33,004 nt of DNA from a virus (taxonomy: Duplodnaviria > Caudoviricetes). This document shows, piece by piece, positions 8,020-15,316 of this stretch. The notes beneath the pieces are model-generated. The model ran no database searches, was not told the DNA's origin, and saw nothing but the letters and a program-made list of their open reading frames with translations. The translations under genes and the position numbers were made by a program. Every line of letters begins with the position of its first letter. Position 1 is the first letter of the stretch. The stretch spans positions 1 through 33,004 of the IMG/VR virus record IMGVR_UViG_3300042997_000139; one strand, given 5' to 3'.

Positions 8020-8534
8020 TATTCTTCACCTTCCGGCTCTGGTGGGTTTTCGGGCAAATCAGTCCAAAATGATGGATCAAGTGTTGAGAGCGGGCCAGAC
8101 CAGAACCCACCTCCGTCACATGTTTCGTCATTTTCCCACCAAGCGACATCACGGGTGTAATATGGCCCACAATCTTCCCACGTAAGGAGTAATATTGGCC
8201 TGTCCTTCGGCGCGGTTCCAATAGGTTTCCAGACGCCATACTCGCACTGCATGGGTTTACCCTTTGTCTGGTTCGCTGTGGCGATCTCGCCGCCGCAGGC
8301 CAGATAGCCGCAGCCGTCGATCCAGTTGTCCGCGTGCGCCGGGTTCGACTTGGCGCGGGCCAGCTTCAGCAGGGTCATCATGACGGCCACGTCATGCGAC
8401 CTGATGTTTTTGTTCAGGTGCGCTGACCAGTAAGCGGCGATCAGGCCAAAGTTGGCCTCGGCGCTGCCGTGCGTGTTGGCGCGGTCAACGGTGATGTATG
8501 CCTTGGCGGTGTCCAAGATTTCGGCCCGGTTCAC
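8019..8534 (-). CDS. DUF6378-like domain fused to a WKPIGTAPKD (DUF551-like) domain
   Basis: DRANTHG...NFGLIAAYWS...LLKLAR...DNWIDGCGY; second domain begins at an internal ATG 8252; GTGA overlap start at 8534. Confidence 0.8.
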   Translation of the reverse strand: MNRAEILDTAKAYITVDRANTHGSAEANFGLIAAYWSAHLNKNIRSHDVAVMMTLLKLARAKSNPAHADNWIDGCGYLACGGEIATANQTKGKPMQCEYGVWKPIGTAPKDRPILLLTWEDCGPYYTRDVAWWENDETCDGGGFWSGPLSTLDPSFWTDLPENPPEPEGEE

Positions 8535-8737
8535 TTGGACACCCATTCTTCTTCGAACCGCAAATCCTCAATCCCGGTGATGTCCGCGATGCGGTGGCGG
8601 TAGACTGCGGACGGCACCACGCGGCCCGTCATCCATCTGGATAGGCTGGACTTGGCTACTGGCACTTTGTCGGCGAGCCAGCCTAGTTTGCGCCCGTCCT
8701 TGGCGCACCATTGCCTGATTTGTGTTTGAGCCATCAT
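8531..8737 (-). CDS. Cro/XRE-like HTH regulator, 68 aa
   Basis: LADKVPVAKSSLSRWMTGRVVPS HTH; first gene of the leftward operon; SD GGGAG. Confidence 0.88.
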   Translation of the reverse strand: MMAQTQIRQWCAKDGRKLGWLADKVPVAKSSLSRWMTGRVVPSAVYRHRIADITGIEDLRFEEEWVSK

Positions 8738-8766
8738 TTGGCGTTCTCCCTTGTTTCGGTGCTATA

Positions 8767-8837
8767 CGCTTACGGCGCAAAAAAAGATGCGTCAAGTGCA
8801 ATTATTTAGTTGCACGCGGTGGATCAGGCTGTATTGT
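8767..8837. promoter_or_regulatory. Divergent promoters with central palindrome
   Basis: Minus: TTGACG-N17-TAAGCG (8795-8767). Plus: TTGCAC-N16-TATTGT (8810-8837). Palindrome GTGCAA-N8-TTGCAC at 8796-8815. Confidence 0.65.
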
Positions 8838-8861
8838 GGGGATACGAACTAGCAAACAAGG

Positions 8862-9062
8862 ATGAACAAGATGACCACCATCACTATCACCATCACGCTG
8901 GAACAGGCCCAGACGGCCCTAGATTGCATCGACCGTGACATGGACTACAGCACCCATGAGCAGCCAGATTATCACGACATTGGCGAGATGATGCACAACC
9001 TGCGCCGCCTCGAACTGCGCCAGCGCCTGACCTCTGCCATCAGTGCAAACAAAGGGAAATAA
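8862..9062 (+). CDS. Hypothetical early protein
   Basis: First ORF after the plus-strand promoter; start may be 8871. Confidence 0.75.
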   Translation: MNKMTTITITITLEQAQTALDCIDRDMDYSTHEQPDYHDIGEMMHNLRRLELRQRLTSAISANKGK

Positions 9063-9065
9063 GCC

Positions 9066-9164
9066 ATGCGTATCCGCGACATCGCCGCCGACCTGATCGG
9101 GGCCATCGCAATCTTCGGCCTGCTCTGGGCTGGCTTCCTCGTCGGCTTCGGGATGGGGTGGTGA
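9066..9164 (+). CDS. Single-TM peptide, 32 aa (MRIRDIAADLIGAIAIFGLLWAGFLVGFGMGW)
   Basis: Translated by hand. SD AAGGGA; fills the gap between neighbours. Confidence 0.8.
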   Translation: MRIRDIAADLIGAIAIFGLLWAGFLVGFGMGW

Positions 9165-9165
9165 G

Positions 9166-9357
9166 ATGGCTGTTAGACTTGGAGCAATGGACACCCACAT
9201 CGTGCTGACCGCGCTGTGGGATTACCGCGAGACGCTGACCATCGTTAATGACACTGCTCCCAACCCGCAGATCTCCGCCAAGATCGACAGCGTTGACCGC
9301 CTTATCGAGAGTTACAAGAAATCATACTTCGCCTTGGACAGATTGGGGATTTACTGA
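9166..9357 (+). CDS. Hypothetical protein
   Basis: Tightly packed ORF with TGATG coupling. Confidence 0.75.
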   Translation: MAVRLGAMDTHIVLTALWDYRETLTIVNDTAPNPQISAKIDSVDRLIESYKKSYFALDRLGIY

Positions 9358-9542
9358 TGACCAAAGAAGAATGCCGCGCCTACATCGCCCGCAAGCAGGA
9401 ACAGATCGACGATCTAGAAAAGAGATACGGCACTGGCGTCAGGCCGTCATGGGTCGGCGAGGAGATTATGGTCCTCATCCACTATCAACGTGACGCAGAA
9501 GACCAACTTGCATATCTGGAGAAAAACAATGCAGCCGACTGA
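9357..9542 (+). CDS. Hypothetical coiled-coil protein
   Basis: Coupled ORF with helical heptads. Confidence 0.75.
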   Translation: MTKEECRAYIARKQEQIDDLEKRYGTGVRPSWVGEEIMVLIHYQRDAEDQLAYLEKNNAAD

Positions 9543-9939
9543 ACTGGTAATAACAAACCGCCTTCAGACAGGCACCACCTTCGCCGTGCTGTCGAGCGAC
9601 ATGACGCAGAACGTGTTCATCCCCAGCAAGCTGGCCCTGGATGCCAGCCTGCGCCCCGGCCAGAAGATCATGGCGCAGATCGTGCCGAACATGAGCCAGC
9701 CGGAGAGGACGCCTTGGCTGGCGATCTCGCTGGATGATGCCGCGCCTGTATCACGGAATGATACGCTGGGTGCCTTCATCTTGGGCAACCTGCAAGCCGA
9801 TGGCCGCGCCACCGTCGAAGAGATCGCCGAGGATATGAACATGGCTGACGAAAAGATCGCAGCCAAGCTGGCCGAGTTGGTCGCAGCCGGGCGTGTGGTG
9901 CGGCTGACTTGCTTCGATCTGCCGGAGGATGTGGCATGA
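9529..9939 (+). CDS. OB/cold-shock-like domain plus winged-HTH protein
   Basis: TTFAV...NVFIP...LRPGQKIMAQIVPN; C-terminal RATVEEIAEDMNM...LAELVAAGRV; ATG 9529 with SD GGAG. Confidence 0.7.
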   Translation: MQPTELVITNRLQTGTTFAVLSSDMTQNVFIPSKLALDASLRPGQKIMAQIVPNMSQPERTPWLAISLDDAAPVSRNDTLGAFILGNLQADGRATVEEIAEDMNMADEKIAAKLAELVAAGRVVRLTCFDLPEDVA

Positions 9940-10154
9940 TGTTCTGGCGCAAGAGAGAGGCGGTCATGCCGCACCGCGACATCCACGCAGAGGCCGCACT
10001 GGGTATCAACAGCGCAGCGCAGGTGCTGCCACCCAAGAGGTTCATGGACCTCGTCTACTGGGCCATCATCACCAACCGCCAGATCAGCACCGATGACATC
10101 GACGCGCTGGCCAATCGGCTTTCGCGCATGGCTTGGGAACGGGGGCGGAAATGA
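9936..10154 (+). CDS. Hypothetical protein
   Basis: ATGA overlap; SD GGAGG. Confidence 0.75.
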   Translation: MMFWRKREAVMPHRDIHAEAALGINSAAQVLPPKRFMDLVYWAIITNRQISTDDIDALANRLSRMAWERGRK

Positions 10155-10342
10155 AAGAACTGACAAGAGAAGCCCAACAGGGCGCGATCCATCTGAAGTT
10201 TGGCTTCCTGCCCGTGTTTATGGTCCGTGTGGCGGTGCCAAGCTCCGCGCCGGGGATTTGGAAGTGGGGTCGCTGGCGCTATGCGCGGCTGACTGAGGTA
10301 GTTGACCTGAACTCAAGGCTCATGGGAACATGGAGGGACTGA
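10151..10342 (+). CDS. Hypothetical Trp/Arg-rich protein
   Basis: ATGA overlap at 10151. Confidence 0.65.
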   Translation: MKELTREAQQGAIHLKFGFLPVFMVRVAVPSSAPGIWKWGRWRYARLTEVVDLNSRLMGTWRD

Positions 10343-10343
10343 C

Positions 10344-10673
10344 ATGAGTGACAACCCCGTTCAACGGTGGCACGCCCACAACCCCGCCGCCACGCCCACG
10401 CACGCCGATCTCAAGAAGGGAGCGGCATATGCAGCGGGCTTTGCGGACGGTCATAAGCAAGCCGACCGCATCGAAGCCCTGACCGCCGAGCTGGCGACAT
10501 GTGAGAAATACCGGGACGCCTATGCTGAGTGTGACAGGATCGGGACGCAGGCTGTGCGTGACCTTGAGGCCAAGCTGGCGAAGGCGGTGGAGGCGCTGCG
10601 GGAGATTGCGGGTGAGTGCGGTTGCTCAACAGCCCGCGTCACGCTGGCCGAGATTGAGGGAGAGAAGGGATGA
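10344..10673 (+). CDS. Hypothetical coiled-coil protein
   Basis: SD GGAGG; ADRIEAL...LEAKLAKAVEAL heptads. Confidence 0.8.
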   Translation: MSDNPVQRWHAHNPAATPTHADLKKGAAYAAGFADGHKQADRIEALTAELATCEKYRDAYAECDRIGTQAVRDLEAKLAKAVEALREIAGECGCSTARVTLAEIEGEKG

Positions 10674-10978
10674 GCAGTCTAAAACTATACAGAACGACCA
10701 AAGGCGAGATGGAGCGAATTTTGTGCGACATCACCTATCCGCATCCTGTCTACTTCGACCGACCTTCTAAGCGGCTTGCAAAGCATGATCTCAAGGCAAT
10801 GCTGCACGAGCGGGCGGAGGAGGCCAAACGCATCATTGATATGATGGAGCGTATGGCTGAGGCCAATGTCGAGAACGCGAGGCTTCGAGATTACATCAAC
10901 GCTCTGCATGACTTTCACAACGCATTTGGTTTTTTCACTGTGGAAGCGCCGGGCAAACCGCATCTTTGGGAAGTGTAG
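10670..10978 (+). CDS. Hypothetical protein
   Basis: ATGA overlap; coiled-coil C-terminal half. Confidence 0.75.
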   Translation: MSSLKLYRTTKGEMERILCDITYPHPVYFDRPSKRLAKHDLKAMLHERAEEAKRIIDMMERMAEANVENARLRDYINALHDFHNAFGFFTVEAPGKPHLWEV

Positions 10979-10981
10979 CCA

Positions 10982-11164
10982 ATGCCCCGTGACCCATCCA
11001 ACAGCCCCGGCGCGAGAGCGTTGAGGTTGGCAGGCTACGTCAAGTTGCCTGCGTGGTGGGTGACTGAGGAACAGCTTTTGCTGATCGAGTATCTTGCCCG
11101 TCAAAATCTAGAAACCATCAACAGAATAAAGGACCAAGCCGAATGGCACCGCCGAGACGACTGA
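10982..11164 (+). CDS. Small hypothetical protein, possibly RHH-like
   Basis: LRLAGYVKLPAWWVTEEQ strand-helix pattern. Confidence 0.65.
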   Translation: MPRDPSNSPGARALRLAGYVKLPAWWVTEEQLLLIEYLARQNLETINRIKDQAEWHRRDD

Positions 11165-11454
11165 TTACCCGCGACATGATCCAAGCAGCCAAAGACCAAG
11201 GCTGGCACCTAACCCTCACAGCCGAACATTACGGAATGCACCGATCAAGCATCGCAGCCGCCTGTGAGCGTTTCGGCATAGTGCTGCCGATGCACCCGTT
11301 TTCTCCGCAGCGGGTCAGCCCAAAGAGCAAGGTGTGGATCGACATCGTTGATGGCGAGACAAAGCCCAAGGTAAAACTGTCAGCCAGCCCGGCGGCGGTC
11401 GAGCGCACCTTGCGGCGTCTTCAGAACGAAAAGCGGTTGCAGGCGTTAAGCTGA
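11143..11454 (+). CDS. Fis-type HTH protein
   Basis: QGWHLTLTAEHYGMHRSSIAAACERFGI matches the Fis-family HTH pattern. Confidence 0.75.
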   Translation: MAPPRRLITRDMIQAAKDQGWHLTLTAEHYGMHRSSIAAACERFGIVLPMHPFSPQRVSPKSKVWIDIVDGETKPKVKLSASPAAVERTLRRLQNEKRLQALS

Positions 11455-11465
11455 ACCGCTAGAAA
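11437..11465 (+). promoter_or_regulatory. Putative sigma70 promoter for the small RNA
   Basis: TTGCAG-N17-TAGAAA; the predicted +1 (~11471) falls at the 5' arm of the closing stem. Confidence 0.55.
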
Positions 11466-11467
11466 AC

Positions 11468-11553
11468 ATTGCGAGGGGCGCACACAGGCTTTGTGTTGGT
11501 CAGAAATCAGACTGCGCTACGGCTCATTTCTCAACCATAGCGCCCCTCGCGAT
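11468..11553 (+). ncRNA. Three-way-junction small RNA, c4/CI-like antisense candidate
   Basis: P1 11468-11481/11540-11553; P2 11482-11496; P3 11497-11537. G-U pairs form only on the + strand. Complementary to the primase leader. Confidence 0.7.
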
Positions 11554-12695
11554 CACTCCGAAATTCTGTCAATCGGGTCCAGCGCACGCAGCACCAGCCC
11601 GTCCTGCTTGTGGAATGTGATCGACTGCAATGCACGCCTCGCGCCATAGCCCATGCCAGCGGCGTAAGCGTCAGGCGGGCAGAAGGCGCGCAGGCTTTCC
11701 CAACGAAGAGGCCCGAAGTCTTTGGCCTGATCGTGATGAACATGACCTGTTAGATAGTGGCGGTGGCGCGTCTGCGACCAGAACGTACATACGTCAGATA
11801 GATACAATGCCATCTGTTGCGGCTTACCTTTGTCGCCGTGGTGAGCGAAGATCGCGCACTTGCCCCACTGCAACATGAACAAGTCACGCGGGTCTTTCTC
11901 GACCGTCACCCGTGCTTCGTTGCGATACCGCTCTGCCAGCGCGAAGTTGAGCGTCATGCTAGAGTGCGGATCGTGGTTGCCACGCAGCACACGCACCAGT
12001 ACGCGCGAATGCTTCTGCAAGAGCTTGTGGATGGTCTCGGCAATGATCCCGATGCCAACATCTAGTACCTTCCAGAAGCGCCCGTCCACGTCCAGCCTGT
12101 GACGGTTGGCAGGCGTCTCGGCCCGTGTATCGTCGCTGTGGAAGTAATCGCCGCCGATCAACAGCACCGCTTGCTCCGCCGCTGGCGTGAGCGCCAGAAC
12201 CTTGGCAAAGGCGTGCCGCATGTCCTGAGCCGCGTGGCCGAGGTCATAGTCCTGCGCGCCTGTCTCGCGGCCCCACGCCATCATGCCGACGTGCGCGTCC
12301 ATGAGCGGATAAACCGCACACAGATCGGCCATCACGCTTTCAGGGGCCAGCACAGGTTCAGCAGGCTCCATGCTCTCCAGCGCCGCGCGTATGCGCTCTG
12401 CGACGGCCTCTGGCTGCTCTGCCTCGGGTCGCAGCATGACCGAATAGCCCGGCTCCTCGTCTTTGGCCGGGACCTTCACCCAAGCCAGCGACGGGACCAT
12501 GTTTGTCCCGGCGGCCTTCATGCTGTCAGCGATGGCCGGGTCAAGGCGGTAATCATCCCGGACATCCGATGTCATCCCGGCGCGGTTCAGCATCCGCTGC
12601 ATGTCGCGACGGTTTATCCCGATCTCGCGCGCAGCCTCGGCCACGTTGCCAGTGCGCTTGAACGCCTCGACGGCCTGTTGCTGTCTAGGGGTCAT
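11553..12695 (-). CDS. N-terminal HTH plus calcineurin-like metallophosphoesterase
   Basis: GNVAEAAREIGINRRDMQR HTH; DAH, GDYFH, GNHD, HGD and GHVH metal motifs. Confidence 0.88.
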   Translation of the reverse strand: MTPRQQQAVEAFKRTGNVAEAAREIGINRRDMQRMLNRAGMTSDVRDDYRLDPAIADSMKAAGTNMVPSLAWVKVPAKDEEPGYSVMLRPEAEQPEAVAERIRAALESMEPAEPVLAPESVMADLCAVYPLMDAHVGMMAWGRETGAQDYDLGHAAQDMRHAFAKVLALTPAAEQAVLLIGGDYFHSDDTRAETPANRHRLDVDGRFWKVLDVGIGIIAETIHKLLQKHSRVLVRVLRGNHDPHSSMTLNFALAERYRNEARVTVEKDPRDLFMLQWGKCAIFAHHGDKGKPQQMALYLSDVCTFWSQTRHRHYLTGHVHHDQAKDFGPLRWESLRAFCPPDAYAAGMGYGARRALQSITFHKQDGLVLRALDPIDRISE

Positions 12696-12711
12696 TGGAA
12701 CACACTTGGTG

Positions 12712-13587
12712 TCAGCCGAGCAGCTTCGCCAGCGTCTTAGGCCCAGCCACGCCGTCAGCGGTCAAGCCGTTGCGGGCCTGCCACTTCTTCAAAGCGTTCT
12801 CCGTGCCTTGGCCAAAGTCGCCATCCGCGCCAACATTCAGGGCGGCTTGCAGCTTCTTCACCAAAGCGCCCTTCGAGCCTTTCCGCAGAACCTGCGTCAC
12901 TGCGTCGGTGATCTGCGGGTTGACGGGAGTGCCGTTGTTGGCTGCACGCAAGGGGATCCGGCCCGTCAGCACAGCCATAGCCTTTTCGTACCGAGCTTGC
13001 CGATCTGGCAAGCCAATGTTTCCCCCATTGATTTTCTTCGTGAGTGCAACAACGTCAGCCGTGTCAGCGATTGCATTCAGTTTGTTAATGTTCCAGAACC
13101 AGAGAGCCGAGGCCAGCGCACCTTCCTTGGTCTCGACCCACTCGGCTGCTTCCTCGGCGGTCATGTCGTAGTCTTTGGCAAAGCGGGTGTAGTTGTCCCG
13201 CCCGGTCAACTGCTTCAGGCCACGCCCACGGAAGCGCCAGCCATCGCCCGGTTGGGTGTTGCCTAGCTTGCTGGTGCGGAACTCATCCATGTAGACGTAG
13301 TTGGCGATCTTCTCAGGGTTCTTGGCATACTCAGCAGCGTTGCGCTTGCCGGGGCCAAAATAGCGCGGGAAGACTTTGAGCAGGGTTTCTTGGCGGTAGG
13401 ATAGATTTTCCGATAGGGCCAAAAAATTTTGCGACTCATGGGCGCATTGAGACACGAATCCAGCGATCCTTTCCGGCGTCGTGATGTCGTATTTGGGCAA
13501 GGCTTTGTTCAGCTCCTCGCACCAGGCTGCAACCTCTTTGTTGGTCGGGATCATGGCCGCCAGTTGGGCTTCTGTAATCAGGCTCAT
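12712..13587 (-). CDS. Endolysin, GH19 with C-terminal peptidoglycan-binding domain
   Basis: QCAHES, DGWRFRGRGLKQLTGRDNY, TKKINGG; LRKGSKG...ADGVAGPKT binding domain. Confidence 0.95.
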   Translation of the reverse strand: MSLITEAQLAAMIPTNKEVAAWCEELNKALPKYDITTPERIAGFVSQCAHESQNFLALSENLSYRQETLLKVFPRYFGPGKRNAAEYAKNPEKIANYVYMDEFRTSKLGNTQPGDGWRFRGRGLKQLTGRDNYTRFAKDYDMTAEEAAEWVETKEGALASALWFWNINKLNAIADTADVVALTKKINGGNIGLPDRQARYEKAMAVLTGRIPLRAANNGTPVNPQITDAVTQVLRKGSKGALVKKLQAALNVGADGDFGQGTENALKKWQARNGLTADGVAGPKTLAKLLG

Positions 13588-13597
13588 TCACATTCTC

Positions 13598-13999
13598 CTA
13601 TTCGCACCAAGACTGCTTGGCGTCACCTTTGTATGGACGGGCAAGGCCCGCAGAGATCAGGCTTTGAGCTAGGCTCTGGTGATCTAGATAAACGTCACCC
13701 AACACCCTGCCACCGTATTTGTCCCACTTGAGGATTTTGATATCGACCTCGAGGGCGTTGGCAACCGCGTCTTTTGTAAAGGCGCTGGCTTTCTTAGCCA
13801 AAGCTGCTTCCGCATCGCATTGAGCGCGAGGTGCCTTCTCAGGCGTATCGATACCAATCACGCGAACCGACAGCTTGGGCGGCAAGGGCTTCGGTAGGAA
13901 GTCTACCGCGATCTCAACCGTGTCGCCGTCGATCACGCGGGTGATCTCATAAGCATGAGCGGGCGCAGCCGTCAGCAGGAGCAGGGCCAGCCATTTCAT
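13598..13999 (-). CDS. Thermonuclease (SNase-like) with signal peptide
   Basis: MKWLALLLLTAAPAHA signal; VIDGDT, GIDTPE and DKYGGR motifs. Confidence 0.92.
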   Translation of the reverse strand: MKWLALLLLTAAPAHAYEITRVIDGDTVEIAVDFLPKPLPPKLSVRVIGIDTPEKAPRAQCDAEAALAKKASAFTKDAVANALEVDIKILKWDKYGGRVLGDVYLDHQSLAQSLISAGLARPYKGDAKQSWCE

Positions 14000-14223
14000 T
14001 TTTTCGGTCTCTTGATCGGAACCTTCTTGGTGATTTGACCAAGCACAGCCTCTTTGGCCATGTCCTTGCCCATGCCGCCGAGCAAGTCACCGACGTTGCC
14101 GGTGGCTGCCGCCTTGATGGCGTTCTCCACCGGGTCAGGCAGGTTCACCTTGTCCAGCACTGCGTCCACGGCTTTTTCTTTGAGCCTGCGTCCCATAAAC
14201 ATGCTGATGATGCGTGCAATCAT
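13996..14223 (-). CDS. Hypothetical lysis-region protein, 75 aa
   Basis: ATG 14223 with SD AGGAG; ATGA overlaps at both ends. Confidence 0.75.
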   Translation of the reverse strand: MIARIISMFMGRRLKEKAVDAVLDKVNLPDPVENAIKAAATGNVGDLLGGMGKDMAKEAVLGQITKKVPIKRPKK

Positions 14224-14498
14224 TCTTTCGGCTCCTGTGATGACGGCTCGTTGCCGCCATTGTTGCGGTTGCTTCCTGCCGAGAGTACGCCACCCAAGGC
14301 ACCCACCAGAAACGATGCAATGGGGGTGAGGATGGAAAACAATGCGCGGTCGTTTTCGCTGCTCTCGCCCAGCGGTTGGGTCACGAAGATCAAGGCGTAA
14401 AGCGTGAAAAACACGATGCCGCCCAAGGTGCAAGTCAGCGCCACGCCGATGAAGTAGCGCAGCTTGGCTTCCATGAAATCAGGATTGTTCTTGCTCAT
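14220..14498 (-). CDS. Two-TM membrane protein, holin candidate
   Basis: Two hydrophobic helices and a polar C-tail; ATG 14498, second Met at codon 9. Confidence 0.7.
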   Translation of the reverse strand: MSKNNPDFMEAKLRYFIGVALTCTLGGIVFFTLYALIFVTQPLGESSENDRALFSILTPIASFLVGALGGVLSAGSNRNNGGNEPSSQEPKE

Positions 14499-14680
14499 TC
14501 CGAAACTCCTATCAGATCGGACGCACAGTTTCTTGTGCGAAGGCAAATCGGTGGGTTGCACTCGACAGCGTCGAAAAGCTCGGGCGATTGGCACGGGTAA
14601 CGATAAAATCCGTCACCACTTAGCCAGAGTATGGCGAAAATGCCCGCAACGAAGGCAAGCCAAGTTAGCTTCTCACGCAT
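14495..14680 (-). CDS. Membrane-anchored 4-Cys protein, 61 aa
   Basis: N-terminal TM, then YRYPCQ...ECNPPIC...C; ATG 14680 with SD GGAGG. Confidence 0.8.
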   Translation of the reverse strand: MREKLTWLAFVAGIFAILWLSGDGFYRYPCQSPELFDAVECNPPICLRTRNCASDLIGVSE

Positions 14681-14681
14681 C

Positions 14682-15173
14682 CTACCACCTCCCCATGTAG
14701 CGGCCCCAGACATACAGGCCGACGCCAGACAGCGCCATTGTGACCAAGATTATACCACACCAGAGTAAAAACTCCATGATCGACTCGATGATCTCGCGGC
14801 GGCGGTAAACCTGATCTTGCTGCTGTTGCCTCACCCGACGCTCAATGTCGGTGAGTTGTTGCCACGCATCATGCCCGTATTGGTATGTGACGAGTTGTTT
14901 AAGCTCCCGCCTTTGCTGTTCGCACTGCTTTTGCGCGGCGAAGATGTCGATGGCGCTCTTTTGATTGCCGCCGCCGAACAGCGTCTTGAACACACCCGGC
15001 GGCTCATTGGCTTTGTCAGCCGCGTAGGCAATGTCAGAAACAGCTTTGCCCCATTCGGATAGCTGAGACGCCATGTCCTGAATTTCACGACCAGCCGCAA
15101 TGCCCTGCTTCAGCAGGCCAAACGCCTTGCTGCCAACGCTGATGGCCATGCCGATTGAAACTGGGTCAAACAT
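14682..15173 (-). CDS. Coiled-coil protein with C-terminal TM helix
   Basis: Amphipathic N-terminus, Q/R-rich coil, FLLWCGIILVTMALSGVGLYVW. Confidence 0.8.
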   Translation of the reverse strand: MFDPVSIGMAISVGSKAFGLLKQGIAAGREIQDMASQLSEWGKAVSDIAYAADKANEPPGVFKTLFGGGNQKSAIDIFAAQKQCEQQRRELKQLVTYQYGHDAWQQLTDIERRVRQQQQDQVYRRREIIESIMEFLLWCGIILVTMALSGVGLYVWGRYMGRW

Positions 15174-15316
15174 CACAGGCTCCAGAATGGCGGGCAGAGA
15201 TCAAGCGGTCGAACCGCCAATGCTATGTCCGCAGTATACCTGCAAATCTTGACAAATACCATGCGCCCGTCGATCCAGAGGTGGGTATAGCCCACCCAGA
15301 TCAGCAGCACCTTCAC
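15173..15316 (-). CDS. Small hydrophobic protein, 47 aa (MKVLLIWVGYTHLWIDGRMVFVKICRY...CPPFWSL)
   Basis: Translated by hand. GTGA and TGATG overlaps at its ends. Confidence 0.65.
   Translation of the reverse strand: MKVLLIWVGYTHLWIDGRMVFVKICRYTADIALAVRPLDLCPPFWSL

Noticed and set aside
11468-11553. tRNA, ribozyme or Rho-independent terminator
   Set aside because: No T-loop, anticodon arm or cloverleaf; no hammerhead core (CUGAnGA/GAAA) in the right context; no U-tract.
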